A stretch of DNA of 64,000 nucleotides from Heptranchias perlo (lineage: Eukaryota), in the NCBI RefSeq assembly GCF_035084215.1, contig NC_090364.1, forward strand, positions 4,588,001 through 4,652,000, read 5' to 3'. Within the stretch, counting starts at the first letter, position 1, and the number at the start of each line of letters is the position of its first letter. The translations under genes and the position numbers were made by a program. The notes beneath the pieces were generated by a model, which did no database searches, was not told the DNA's origin, and saw nothing but the letters and a program-made list of their open reading frames with translations. Positions 17,235 through 30,300 of the stretch are shown here, piece after piece.

Positions 17235-19652
17235 TTTTTTCTACATTGTGAATCTGGGTATAACTGACTGTTTCTGGACCCACCAAGATGCCCATCAATT
17301 GTCCAAGAGATGGGATAACTTAGAACCGATTGTGCTCGACACTATCTGCGGGATGGGATTTCCATTTGTAAACTCATCGATCTCTGATATGTTGTGAAGC
17401 TCTGATTCTGGGAACAGATTTTTTTTTGTGATTTTTAGGCCCCCCTTTTATAAGATGGGGGTGTGTAGGGTGTGCTTAAATACTAGAAAACCAAATAATC
17501 CACAACCAAGTTTCAAATTAAAATTTTATTCTCCTCGTCCAGGATGCACTCCAGCCCCTGCGGTGCCCACCGGTCGCGGAAAGCCTCGAGCGTACCGGCA
17601 GACACCGCGTGCTCCATCTCCAGGGCCACCCGGGCGCGGAGCATTCGAGCAGGTCCTGGGAGAGGTCGAGCCGAGGGCAGACTAATTCAGCCGCAACGGC
17701 CTCGCCCACCAAGGACGCCCGACCCGGTGAAAGGGATACTGGCGTCAGTACACGGATCTGCGACCCCGCCCCCCCATCAGCAGGGTCTCCCCATCCCCCC
17801 CGAGAGGCACGGGCTCGGTCTCCTCCCCCAGAGAGGCGGACGTCCCCCGCCGCTGGTTAGAAATAATGGGCGGGGCCGCAGGATCCATGGCTGGCGCCAC
17901 CTCCCCTTCCACGGTGGGCCGTCCCTTAGCAGGGACCCCCCTCCGCTTCCAGGGAGTGGGGCCTTTCCTTCCCGGAGGGTCGCGGAGCTCCATGTCTGCT
18001 GGGGCCCCCACCTCCGCTCCCTCCTGATCACCCGCCAACCCGGGCTCTGTCGTGACCGCGAGATGTTGACTGGCCGCGGTCACGGCCTCGGGCTGACTGA
18101 GATCTTCTTTGTCCTGGGGACCAGCCTGTAAGTTCTTCCTCTTCCTCCGCGCCTTTCTCTGGCAAGGGTTCCCCTCCTCCCCCCCGCCCCCCCAGGCGGA
18201 GGCCTCGACGCCAACCTCCACCCGCGCAGTTGACTCTCCCGACGCGGGGGCGGGGTTGGGGGGAGGAGCGGTGGCGGCGCCAGCCCCGGCCGCCGTAGCT
18301 GTTTTGGCGGCCTGAGAGGCAGGGCAGTTCCTCTTCAGGTGCCCCACCTCCTTACAGGCATGGCACCGCCCACCCTCTGCCGTCCAAAAGACGCGGTAAG
18401 GGGTCCCCTCGTGGAGGGCGTTAAAGCCCCCCTCCGTAACCTCCTCCCGTGCCAGCTTGACGAATGCCTGGCGACGGAAGGAGTAAACATGCCGGAGGCT
18501 GTTCTCCCTGAGTCCGAGCGGCAGCGGCGTTACCCCCGACCTCACCTCCCCCAGTTGACGTAGGTGGGGGAGGAGGAGCTCGTCCGACAGGAAAGGCGGG
18601 ACGTTAGATAGAATGACCCGCTGCGCGGTGGCCTCCAGCGGGTCCACCAGCAGGAAGGTCCCGCCCACCGTGAGCCCCTTACTAAGGGTCAGGGACACCG
18701 CCCGCTCGGACCTCAGGAAGAACACCGCCCTCCCGTACGTTTTTGAGGCCGCGACGATGGCCGAGGGGCCGACAACCTCGGCCATGGCCTTTACGCAGGC
18801 CTCATTGGTCATGTTGGGGTGGGCGTAGCTCTTCACCCCATGCTTCCTTGTAATGAGGCGGAAAGGCGCCGGCCCAGCAGGAGCGGCACGAACTGTAGGA
18901 GCGGCCCCCGAGGTAACCGCCGCATACGTCCTGCTGGGTCCCGGCACCGGCGAAGATGGTGAAGCCATGACTTCAGGAGCCACACCTACCCCAAGTCTCA
19001 GGCCTTCGGATGGAAATTGGCCTGTTTTGAAAAGAATCCTTGAGGAAACCTCTGTCCCCGAATCCCAGTGCTTGGTTGGGAGAGGGCCCCTTTGTTGGTT
19101 TTTAAATTTTCCCCAAGAACACCCTGGAGAGCAAGGGAATATCCTGGAGAGCAAGAGAAGGAAGGAGGAAGGAAGGATGGATGGCAGAATGGGAAGGAGG
19201 GAGTCTGCAGGGGTAGGCTGCTGTGGAAGAGGGGCGGGGTTGCACCTTAAAAGGTGGATCTTCTTCTGGTGGGCAGGGGGAGGAGATGTCTTCCCCGAGA
19301 CAGCTGGAGCTGCCGAGGCTCAGTCCTCCAAAGATTTGAAAAAGAAAGAAAGTATCTTCACCCAGGCAGCTCCAGCTGTCCTGGGCCAGACACTTGGGGG
19401 GGACCCCTGTCCTCTAGTCTTCTTCCTCCCCCTACCTTCAGCCGACACACCTCACTGCACCGACCACCTCTTCCTCCCACTGGTTGGTGCTCTTTTTCTC
19501 CTTCTCCCTCCCTCCTTGTTGATGGTGGTTTCTCCTTCTTTCTCCTTCTCCCCAAGGGACCCAGGCAAGGGCCTGCTCTCTCTGCTCTCTCTGCTCTCCA
19601 CTCCACTCAGTGGCAGTCCAGCCACAAACACCTCCAAGGCCGAGCTGGTCTG
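17235..19652 (-). mobile_element. Tx1-group L1 element A: intact 5' end, ORF1, ~4.5-kb internal deletion, ORF2 tail, captured 3' segment
   Basis: 5'UTR and ORF1 (ATG 18968, MASPSS...CHACKEVGHLKRNC) match element B. At ~17646 ORF1 sequence is joined directly to the last ~130 nt of ORF2. Hairpin and A-tract at ~17420-17460, then unique 17241-17418 and a second A-tract. No TSD. Confidence 0.92.
17745..18968 (-). CDS. Tx1 ORF1 (truncated by frameshift), CCHC zinc knuckle
   Basis: ORF track 17745-19154; true start probably ATG 18968, by alignment to 25885. CX2CX4HX4C motif. Confidence 0.8.
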   Translation of the reverse strand: MASPSSPVPGPSRTYAAVTSGAAPTVRAAPAGPAPFRLITRKHGVKSYAHPNMTNEACVKAMAEVVGPSAIVAASKTYGRAVFFLRSERAVSLTLSKGLTVGGTFLLVDPLEATAQRVILSNVPPFLSDELLLPHLRQLGEVRSGVTPLPLGLRENSLRHVYSFRRQAFVKLAREEVTEGGFNALHEGTPYRVFWTAEGGRCHACKEVGHLKRNCPASQAAKTATAAGAGAATAPPPNPAPASGESTARVEVGVEASAWGGGGEEGNPCQRKARRKRKNLQAGPQDKEDLSQPEAVTAASQHLAVTTEPGLAGDQEGAEVGAPADMELRDPPGRKGPTPWKRRGVPAKGRPTVEGEVAPAMDPAAPPIISNQRRGTSASLGEETEPVPLGGDGETLLMGGRGRRSVY

Positions 19653-19681
19653 AACAAAGACACTTTCAGATTGGAGGGAGG
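19653..19681 (+). other. 29-bp remnant of ferritin promoter-upstream sequence between the two Tx1 elements
   Basis: aacaaagacactttcagattggagggagg resembles aacaaagagacactttcagatttgaggaagg at ~35934. Confidence 0.75.
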
Positions 19682-19906
19682 ATTTTTTTCTCTTTTTTTT
19701 TCTCTTTGGATGTTGTCAGAGTCCGTGGCCCACGGACTCTGCCTCAGGCTGATTGGGACAGACAATTAGTGCCAGTTAACAGCACTGCGATAAAGAGAGG
19801 AGTCGGTTCTCCATTTTTCTTTTTTTTTCCAAATTAGGCCCCCCTTTTATAAGAAGGGGGGGTGTGGGGTGTGCTTAAATACTAAAACCAAACCAAAACC
19901 AAGTGT

Positions 19907-22900
19907 TCAAATTAAAATTTTATTATCCTCGTCCAGGATGCACTCCAGCCCCTGCGGTGCCCACCGGTCGCGGAAAGCCTCGAGCGTACCGGCAGACACC
20001 GCGTGCTCCATCTCCAGGGCCACCCGGGCGCGGAGCATTCCGCGGAAGAGAGGCAGACAGGCCGAGCGACCGCCCACACGGACCACGATCATCCTAGACC
20101 TGTGGATGGCCACCTTGGACAGGCCCAGGAGCAGGCCCACGAGAACGTCCACCGACCTGCCCGCCCCCCTCCTCACCGGGCGGCCAAAGATCAGGAGCGT
20201 GGGACTGAAATGCAGCCAGAACTTGAGGAGCAGCCCCTTCAAATAATGGAACGGGGGCTGCAGTCTCGCACACCCGGTGTACAGATGGAACACGGACTCC
20301 TCCAGGCCGCAGAAATCGCAAGCGGCCTGGGTGTCCGTGAAATGGCGTAACCGGCGGTTGCACGCGACTGCTCCGTGCGCCACCCTCCACCCCAGATCCC
20401 CAAAGTAACACGGGAGGACCCCTGTATAGAGAGCCTCCCAATGGGGACCCCCGTCTCCGCCGGACGGCAGGATGGCACGCCAGGGCGTGTCCGGCCGAGA
20501 GACGAGGGCGAGGAAGTGGATGGTGTGCAGGAGCAGCCCGTACAGGAAATCCCTCCGCGCGGTGTGAAACGGCACGGAGGGAATTTCCGAGAGACGGCTC
20601 AAGTTGTGAGGCGCGGCCCCCCGAGGGAGGTTCCGGGGTTTGGCGCCGAGGAGGAATTCCGTCCGAACGGGGGTCAGGTCGGACGGGATGGCTCCGCACG
20701 CCTGAGCCGCCTCCACACCCCGAGTGGAGTCAGGGCCGAGCGCCGATTTCAACGCCCGGATGGCGGCGGCCGCGTCCCCGGCACGCCACAAGGACATCCG
20801 TGCGGCGAGCGCCCACGGCTCCAACCAACCCGACCCACCGCCATCCAGGACGTCCCTGACTCTGGTCACCCGACCGGCCACGGCCCTCCGCACCGACAGC
20901 CGCAAGTGGCCGAAGCCGATATCGCGGAGGAACGGATTCCCGAGCAGCGGCTCCTGCAGGACGGCCGCTACCCCTGACGGGCGAGAGCACCGACCGGAGG
21001 CGACCATGTTCCAGACCCTGAGCAGATCCTGGTAAAAGACAGGCAGCTCCTGCAAAGACGTGCGGCCGCCCACCAGCGAGACGAACAGGAGCTGCGTGTC
21101 GTAGTTCAGGCCGTGCAGCTGGCGGAAAAAATACGTCGCCAGCGCACGCCATCTAAGAGGACGCTCCGCGTACAGGTATCGCCGCAGCGTCCGAAGGCGG
21201 AAAGTTGCCACCTGGGTGCGGACGCACACCAGCCCCTGACCGCCCTCCCTAAGCGGGAGACTCAGGACCGCGGCAGCGACCCAGTGCATCCCTTTGGCCC
21301 AGAAGAAGTCGACGAACTTCCTCTGAATCTTGGCGACAAAATCAGGGGGGGGGGTCAAAGGAACCAACCGGTACCACAACATGGCGGCCACCAGCTGGTT
21401 TATGACCAGCACTCGACCCCTGTAGGATAACACTCGGAGCAGTCCTGTCCAGCGCGCCAGGCGAGCGGTGACTTTGGCCTCCAGCTCTACCCAGTTCGCC
21501 GGCCAGGCTTCCTCGGCAGGGCCGAGGTAGACTCCCAGGTACCGGAGGTGCGTGGTACTCCAGGCGAAAGCCCTGAGCTCCTCCGGCATGGAGTCCACCC
21601 GCCACTGACCCACCAGGAGTCCGGAACATTTCTCCCAGTTGATTCTTGCGGAGGACGCGGCAGAGTAGACCTCTTGGCACTCGCGCATTCTCCGCAAGTC
21701 AAGGGGATCGGTGACCACGAGGAGCACGTCGTCGGCGTAAGCCGAAAGGACGACCTCCACGCCCGGCTCGAGCAGAGCCAGTCCCGACAACCTCTTTCGC
21801 AAGAGGTGCAGGAAAGGCTCTACGCAGATGGTATATAATTGGCCGGACATGGGGCACCCCTGACGCACTCCTCTCCCGAAGCGAAGGGGCGCCGTCAAGG
21901 ATCCGTTAACCTTAATCAGACACTCCGCGGCGGCGTACAGAAGTCGGATCCGGGCGACAAAATGCGACCCGAATCCGAAAGCGCGCAGAGTCCCGAATAG
22001 ATACTCGTGATCCACCCTGTCGAACGCCTTCTCCTGATCCAAGGAAAGGAAGGCGACCGACAGACCAGCCCTCTGGGAGTGGTGGATCAGGTCCCGGACC
22101 AGGTGGATGTTATCGTGGATCGTCCGGCCCGGGACCGTGTAGGACTGGTCGGAGTGGATCATGTGGGCCAGCACGGTGCCCAGGCGAGCAGACATCGCCT
22201 TGGCAAAGACCTTATAATCCGTGCTGAGGAGGGAGACCGGGCGCCAGTTTTTAAGGTTGCGGAGATCCCCCTTCTTAGGCAGCAGGACCACGACCGCCCT
22301 GCGCCACGAAAGGGGCATCTCCCCGGTCGCCAGACATTCCCCCAGGACCCGCGCGTAGTCGCCCCCCAGGACGTCCCAGAAGGCCCTGAGGAACTCCACG
22401 GTCAGCCCGTCCAGCCCCGGGGATTTGCCCCTAGAGAGCTGGTGGAGGGCGCCGGTCAGCTCCGCCAAACTGAGCGGAGCGTCCAGACGCTCGGCGTCCT
22501 CCGGGCCGACCTTCGGCAAGTCCTCCCACAAAACTCTGCGCGCCTCCTCGCTGGACGGATCCGGAGAGAACAGAGCCTCGTAGTAAGATCGAGCACGGGC
22601 CCTGACTCCCTCCGGGTCCGAGACGAGGGACCCGTCGTCGGCCAGCAGCGTAAGGAGCTGCTTACGAGCCCCCCGCCGCTTTTCCAGCGAGTAGAAGAAG
22701 GGAGAGCCGCGGTCCAGGTCCCGCAGGAGCTGGAGCCGCGACCTCACGTACGCTCCTCGGGACCCGACCAGTTGCAGGTCCCTCAGAGCGTCCTTCCTCT
22801 CCTCGTACACCTGCCGCAGGGCCGGATCCTCGGCGGCCTGACCGAGACGGGACTCCAGGCCAAGCACCTCCTGCTCCAACCGCTTGACCTCGGACTCCCG

Positions 22901-23813
22901 CCCCTTAGTCGACCCCCTCGCGTACTCTTGACAGAAGAGGCGGACGTGAGCCTTGCCCACGTCCCACCATAGCCTCAAGGAGGAGAAGCCTCCCCGCTTC
23001 CCTCTCCAGTCGCTCCAGAACAGACGGAACGAGTCCCGGAACCGCGCGTCCTCCAGCAGCCGGTTGTTAAAGTGCCAGTACGCGGACCCCGACCGGGCGC
23101 GGAGCAGAGCGAGCTCCATCCACACCAGGTGGTGGTCCGAGCACGACACCGGCCGGATGGAGGCCGACGGGACGCAGGAGGCGTACGCCCGCGAAACGTA
23201 CAGGCGGTCGATTCTGGTGCTCCCCCCTCCGGCCCTCACAAAGGTGAACTGGCCGGAGTCGGGATGGAGATTCCGCCAGACGTCCACCAAGTCGAAGGAC
23301 CCGACCAGGTCCCTCAACTTCTCCGTCGCCGTTCGGGCACGCGCGGGACCGGAGCGGTCCCTCGCCTCGAGGGTACGGTTAAAATCCCCCCCGAGGATAA
23401 TGCACTCGCCGGCGTCGACGGAATTTAGGTAAGTGGACACTTCTTCAAAGAAGCTCACTTGCTCGCCCTCGGACCAGGGGGCGTACACGTTCACCAGGTG
23501 AAGCGGCACGTCCCCGTGGCGAAGGGCTACGTGGAGCAAGCGGCCCGGCACCGGCTCCTTGACCCCCAAGATCTCCGGCTGAAAAGTCGGGGCCAACAAG
23601 ATGGCCACCCCGCTCGAAACGCTGGCGAGGTGACTCAAGTAGACCCCCCCCTCCCCATTCCAGGATCCACGTGGCCTCGTCTCCCGGAACGGTGTGGGTT
23701 TCCTGCAGAAAGCACACCGCATACTTCCCGTCCCGCAGGACCGAGAACTTGTCAAATCTACGGCGGGCGTCTCTGCCGCCGTTGATGTTGAGGCTGGCTA
23801 TGGTTATCTCCAT
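19907..23813 (-). CDS. Tx1 ORF2: APE endonuclease + reverse transcriptase + C-terminal zinc finger (single +1 frameshift in a G8 run)
   Basis: MEITIASLNING...LQETH...LEWGGG (frame of ORF 23445-23831) continues as VYLSH...GDFN...RIDRLYVS...SDH...NWRPVSLL...LDQEKAFDRV...GVRQGCPMS...YADD...CDFCGLEESVFHLYTGC (frame of ORF 19907-23755). Removing one C from 23644-23651 joins the two frames. Confidence 0.93.
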
Positions 23814-23842
23814 GGCAAGAGCACAGCGCAACCTACTTAAAC

Positions 23843-25885
23843 CTAACGCGCGGAGGGAGCGGGGCCGCTAGTCGACCGCCACTCCCTCAAGAGCCCGGTG
23901 AGGAGGGATCTGAGCCGACGCAGCCCGACCCCGCCGTCGTCCCCTTCCGCGGCCACGGACGCGACGGCGGCCCGGACCGAGCGGATTAACTGCGCCGGCT
24001 CCGACCAACGGTCGAGGGCCAGCCGGACGCCATCGCGACGATGGCTCCAAACGGACACAAAATCCCGGAGTTCCTCAACGGGGATGAGGAGAGACTCGGT
24101 GCAGGGCACGAGGGCGTCCACCACCTCACTGGCGGCGAACTCCAAATCCTCCCCAGTGCCCACCACCGAGTTCCCGTCCTCCTCCGGGTCATCGTCGCTC
24201 GCGGCCGACCCACTCCCCGCACAGGGTGCGGAGAACGAGACGGCCGCGCCGGCCGGCCCCGCCTCTGTCACGATCCCACCCCCCGGATCGTCGGCAGAGG
24301 AGTCCCCCCCGGGCTCTACCGGGGGCTCCGGGTCAGAGGGCGGCGCCGGGCGGGGACCCTCCCCATCCTCCGAGCGGTGAAAAACCGGCACCCGGATATA
24401 AGGGGAACCCGGGGAAACCGGGGAGAACGTGTACTCAAGTTCTCCCACCTCCCCCGGCTCCGAGCCCAGATACTGGGAGGAGGGGGTCTCCCCACCCACG
24501 TCGCCACCGACCGACCCGGCCGGTGAGATATTTTGATTAAAACCCACCACCAGGTCGAGCAGGTCCTGGGAGAGGTCGAGCCGGGGGCAGACGAATTTGG
24601 CCGCAACGGCCTCGCCCACCCCGACACCCAGGACGCCCGACCCGGTGAACAGGGTAGTGTCGGGTAACTGCGGAGCCGCGACCCCCCCTATCGGCGGGGT
24701 CTCTCCATCCCCCCCGGGAGGCACGGGCACAATCTCCTCCCCCCGAGAGGTGGATGACCCCCGCCGCTGTTCGGATGTCACGGGCGGGGCCGCAGGATCC
24801 GCGACCGGCACCGACTCCCCTTCCACGGGGGGCCGTCCCTTAGCAGGGAGCCCGTTCGCTTCCGGGGAGTGGTGCCTCTTTTTCTTCCAGGAGGGTCGCG
24901 GAGGGAGGGGGGACTCCATGTCTGCTGGGACCCCCGCCTCCGCTCCCTCCTGATCACCCGCCAGCCCGGGCTCTGTCGCGACCGCGAGATGTTGACTGGC
25001 CGCGGTCACGGCCTCGGGCTGACTGAGATCTTCTCTGTCCCGGGGACCAGCCTCTAAATTCTTCCTCTTTCTCCGCGCTTTCTTCTGGCGAGGGTTCCCC
25101 TCCTCCCCCCTGGCGGAGGCCTCGACGCCAACCTCCACCCGCGCAGTTGACTCTCCCGACGCGGGGGCGGGGTTGGGGGGAGGAGCGGTGGCGGCGCCAG
25201 CCCCGGCCGCCGTAGCTGTTTTGGCGGCCTGAGAGGCAGGGCAGTTCCTCTTCAGGTGCCCCACCTCCTTACAGGCATGGCACCGCCCACCCTCTGCCGT
25301 CCAAAAGACGCGGTAAGGGGTCCCCTCGTGGAGGGCGTTAAAGCCCCCCTCCGTAACCTCCTCCCGTGCCAGCTTGACGAATGCCTGGCGACGGAAGGAG
25401 TAAACATGCCGGAGGCTGTTCTCCCTGAGTCCGAGCGGCAGCGGCGTTACCCCCGACCTCACCTCCCCCAGTTGACGTAGGTGGGGGAGGAGGAGCTCGT
25501 CCGACAGGAAAGGCGGGACGTTAGATAAAATGACTCGCTGCGCGGTGGCCTCCAGCGGGTCCACCGGCAGGAAGGTCCCGCCAACCGTGAGCCCCTTACT
25601 AAGGGCCAGGGACACCGCCCGCTCGGACCTCAGGAAGAACACCGCCCTCCCGTACATTTTTGAGGCCGCGACGATGGCCGAGGGGCCGACAACCTCGGCC
25701 ATGGCCTTTACGCAGGCCTCAATGGTCATGTTGGGGTGGGCGTAGCTCTTCACCCCATGCTTCCTTGTAATGAGGCGGAAAGGCGCCGGCCCAGCAGGAG
25801 CGGCACGAACTGTAGGAGCGGCCCCCGAGGTAACCGCCGCATACGTCCTGCTGGGTCCCGGCACCGGCGAAGATGGTGAAGCCAT
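23843..25885 (-). CDS. Tx1 ORF1 (nucleic-acid-binding protein, CCHC knuckle, long disordered C-terminus)
   Basis: Uninterrupted ORF from ATG 25885, with ILSNVPPF and CHACKEVGHLKRNC motifs. Confidence 0.9.
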   Translation of the reverse strand: MASPSSPVPGPSRTYAAVTSGAAPTVRAAPAGPAPFRLITRKHGVKSYAHPNMTIEACVKAMAEVVGPSAIVAASKMYGRAVFFLRSERAVSLALSKGLTVGGTFLPVDPLEATAQRVILSNVPPFLSDELLLPHLRQLGEVRSGVTPLPLGLRENSLRHVYSFRRQAFVKLAREEVTEGGFNALHEGTPYRVFWTAEGGRCHACKEVGHLKRNCPASQAAKTATAAGAGAATAPPPNPAPASGESTARVEVGVEASARGEEGNPRQKKARRKRKNLEAGPRDREDLSQPEAVTAASQHLAVATEPGLAGDQEGAEAGVPADMESPLPPRPSWKKKRHHSPEANGLPAKGRPPVEGESVPVADPAAPPVTSEQRRGSSTSRGEEIVPVPPGGDGETPPIGGVAAPQLPDTTLFTGSGVLGVGVGEAVAAKFVCPRLDLSQDLLDLVVGFNQNISPAGSVGGDVGGETPSSQYLGSEPGEVGELEYTFSPVSPGSPYIRVPVFHRSEDGEGPRPAPPSDPEPPVEPGGDSSADDPGGGIVTEAGPAGAAVSFSAPCAGSGSAASDDDPEEDGNSVVGTGEDLEFAASEVVDALVPCTESLLIPVEELRDFVSVWSHRRDGVRLALDRWSEPAQLIRSVRAAVASVAAEGDDGGVGLRRLRSLLTGLLREWRSTSGPAPSAR

Positions 25886-26594
25886 GACTGAGAGCCACAC
25901 CCACCCCAAGTCTCAGGCCTTTGGATGGAAATTGGCCTTTTTTTAAAAAGAATTCTTGAGGATACCTCTCTCCCCGAATCCCAGTGCTTGGTTGGGAGAG
26001 GGCCCCTTTGTTGTTTTTATATATTCCCAGAATACCCCGGGGAGCAAGGGAATATCCCAGAGAGCAGGAGAAGGTGGGAGGGATGGATGGTAGAATGGGA
26101 AGGAGGGAGTCTGCAGGGGTAGGCTGCTGCAGAAGTGGGTGGAAGAGGGGCGGGGTTGCACCTTAAAAGGTGGATCTTCTTCTGCCTGTCTTCCGGTGGG
26201 CAGGGGGAGGAGATGTCTTCCCCTAGACAGCTGGAGCTGCCTAGGCTCAGTCCTCCAAAGATTTGAAAAAGAAAGTAACTTCACCCAGGCAGCTCCAGCT
26301 GTCCCGGGCCAGACACTTGGGGGGGACCCCTGTCCTCTGAAGTCTTCTTCCTCCCCCTACCTTCAGCCGACACACCTCACTGCACCGACCACCTCTTCCT
26401 CCCACTGGTTGGTGCTCTTTTTCTCCTTCTCCCTCCCTCCTTGTTGATGGTGGTTTCTCCTTCTTTCTCCTTCTCCTTCTCCTTCTCCCCAAGGGACCCA
26501 GGCAAGGGCCTGCTCTCTCTGCTCTCTCTGCTCTCCACTCCACTCAGTGGCAGTCCAGCCACAAACACCTCCAAGGCCTTGCTGGTCTGTATTG

Positions 26595-26760
26595 CAAAGC
26601 TCTGATTGGCTCTGGATATCAATCTCTCCCCCAGAGCCCTGTCCTTTGTTAATTGGTGCCTGGATTCATGGAAGATTCCTGATTGGCTATCAGGGATTGT
26701 CAATCATCATTGGTGATGTCATTCCTTGCTTCAATGCTGGCTGTCCCAGTAGTATAAATA
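26595..26760 (+). promoter_or_regulatory. Ferritin copy 5 promoter, head-to-head with the Tx1 5'UTR
   Basis: ATTGG at 26605, 26652, 26682, 26709; TGATGTCA; TATAAATA 26753. Confidence 0.75.
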
Positions 26761-26832
26761 CAAGAGCTTGTGAATGAAGAGGGTAGTTGTAGAAGTGTCC
26801 AGGTGATAGTGAAAACATAGGATACAGGAAAG

Positions 26833-28732
<1,900 letters not shown>

Positions 28733-29954
28733 ACTGACTGCAGGGATAAAGTTTATTAGTGCTCCTGTTCATGTTGTCTTGACACTCCCCCATCCTGTAG
28801 CAGTCATGACTTGTGTGGCTTTGTACAAAGAACTGAGACCGGGGCTCTTGTGAAATGTAATAGGAACTGTCAATAAATTGTTGAACTGGATTTTGTTGTC
28901 TCAAATTGAGTGGATGCTGATTTTTCAGTAACCTAATTTAGTTTACATCTAACAATTACATTGGGCAGTGTAAGAGTCAGTCCATTGTCAATTTAACCCC
29001 CCTCCCCTCCCCTGCCATTCCTGTAGTAATTCCAATTTATTGACTTGGATGTTGACGATCTAATTTCAATTCTGTGTTTACCTTGAATACTAACAGCACA
29101 TTCCAATCTTTGCTGGTTTTAATACAAGTTACTGTTACCACTGAATATTCTCTTTCCAAAATGGCATCTTCCTTTTTAAACATCCCCACCCCAGGACAAG
29201 ATATCAGTGACTGTAACATTGTGTTAAGCTCATTTTCTTGATATTTTATGTTAAACCAGATCAGTCCACTGAACAATCCCATTTTAAAAAAGTTATTGCT
29301 ATGGGATACACTGGAGGGAGCTCATGAAACCAAACTCATCATTGCTGCTCTGGGCTTTCCAGTAAGCTTAGTGGTCAAACAATTACAGACCAGTAATGTG
29401 AACTCAGTGTACTTGGGGGAGGGAGGCAATGAACATTGGCACATTTGCTTTGTATCCACTGGCTTCTTGGGGGACAGTATAGATTCGGTGGAGAAGTTAT
29501 GGTTTGATTAAAAACTTTTTTTTTGCCCCATGTGTGCACCCACTGTCCAGGTAAAGAACCTGCAACACTCACTGTTGATCTCATGAGAAGCAATTGAGTA
29601 AGGTCCTCAAGGGAGAGTAATATCTGTGCAACTGAAATCCTTTTGGAAGGAGTAAATATATTTCATTGTTTAAATTTGCTTTTTGATTTCAAGTTAAATA
29701 GATATTTCTCCTGCAAAATCCTTCCACATCCCTGTCCCATCAATTCATAAACCCAATACAATCAGCTCCTCCCTTAAATGTATCAATTTGTATTTGGTCC
29801 TATTGTGCATTTCATACCAAATAGTAACCATCCTTTCCAAATCTTATTGGTTCTCCATTTGTCACCTTCAACCCTATGAATGGATCAAATGTTGATGCTG
29901 CAGCTGTAATTATCCAGTGTTTACAAGTGAAGTTTAGGAACTGAGTTGTGAACT

Positions 29955-30300
29955 GCACTGTTGTAATGTTGGAAACGCAGCAACCAATATGGCCACAGCT
30001 AGATCCCACAAACAGCATGAAATATTGATTAGATAATCTGTTTTAATTACATTGGTTGAGGGATAAATATTTGCAGAGACACCAGGGAGAACTCCCCTTC
30101 TCTCACTCAAATTAGTGCCATGGGATCTTTTGCATCCTATGTGAGCAGACGGGGCCTCGGTTTAATGTCTCATCCGACTGTACAGCACTCACTCGGTGCT
30201 GTGGTGAAGTATCAGCCTGGACTTTGTGCTCAAGTCCCTGGAGTGGGACTTGAACCCACAACCTTCTGACTCTGAGGTGAGAGTGCTGCCACTGAGCCAC
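29955..30300 (-). mobile_element. DeuSINE, array-unit copy
   Basis: As 4948-5290; left end removed by a deletion at a cactg microhomology. Confidence 0.7.

Larger units (their letters stand above)
19682..26589 (-). mobile_element. Full-length Tx1-group (L1 clade) non-LTR retrotransposon B
   Basis: ~700-bp purine-rich 5'UTR, ORF1, 29-bp spacer, ORF2, short 3'UTR with a C/G hairpin, A-tract, captured segment, A-tract. GC-rich. The 5' terminus matches element A. About 55 bp of ferritin promoter is missing at the site, and there is no TSD. Confidence 0.96.

Noticed and set aside
17241-17400. Open frame [10 protein letters not shown]... in element A's captured tail, reminiscent of a GPCR TM2 motif
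   Set aside because: The rest of the frame is not hydrophobic or GPCR-like; the origin cannot be assigned without a search.
26719-26745. ttccttgcttcaatgc resembles the 5' arm of the ferritin IRE
   Set aside because: It lies upstream of the TATA box, lacks the CAGUGN loop and a pairing 3' arm, and is not conserved in copies 2, 4 and 7; at most a relic or coincidence.
17428-26777. Many 60-320 aa ORFs overlapping the Tx1 elements (e.g. 22007-22972 +)
   Set aside because: Antisense or alternate frames of GC-rich ORF1/ORF2 with few stop codons; no recognisable motifs.
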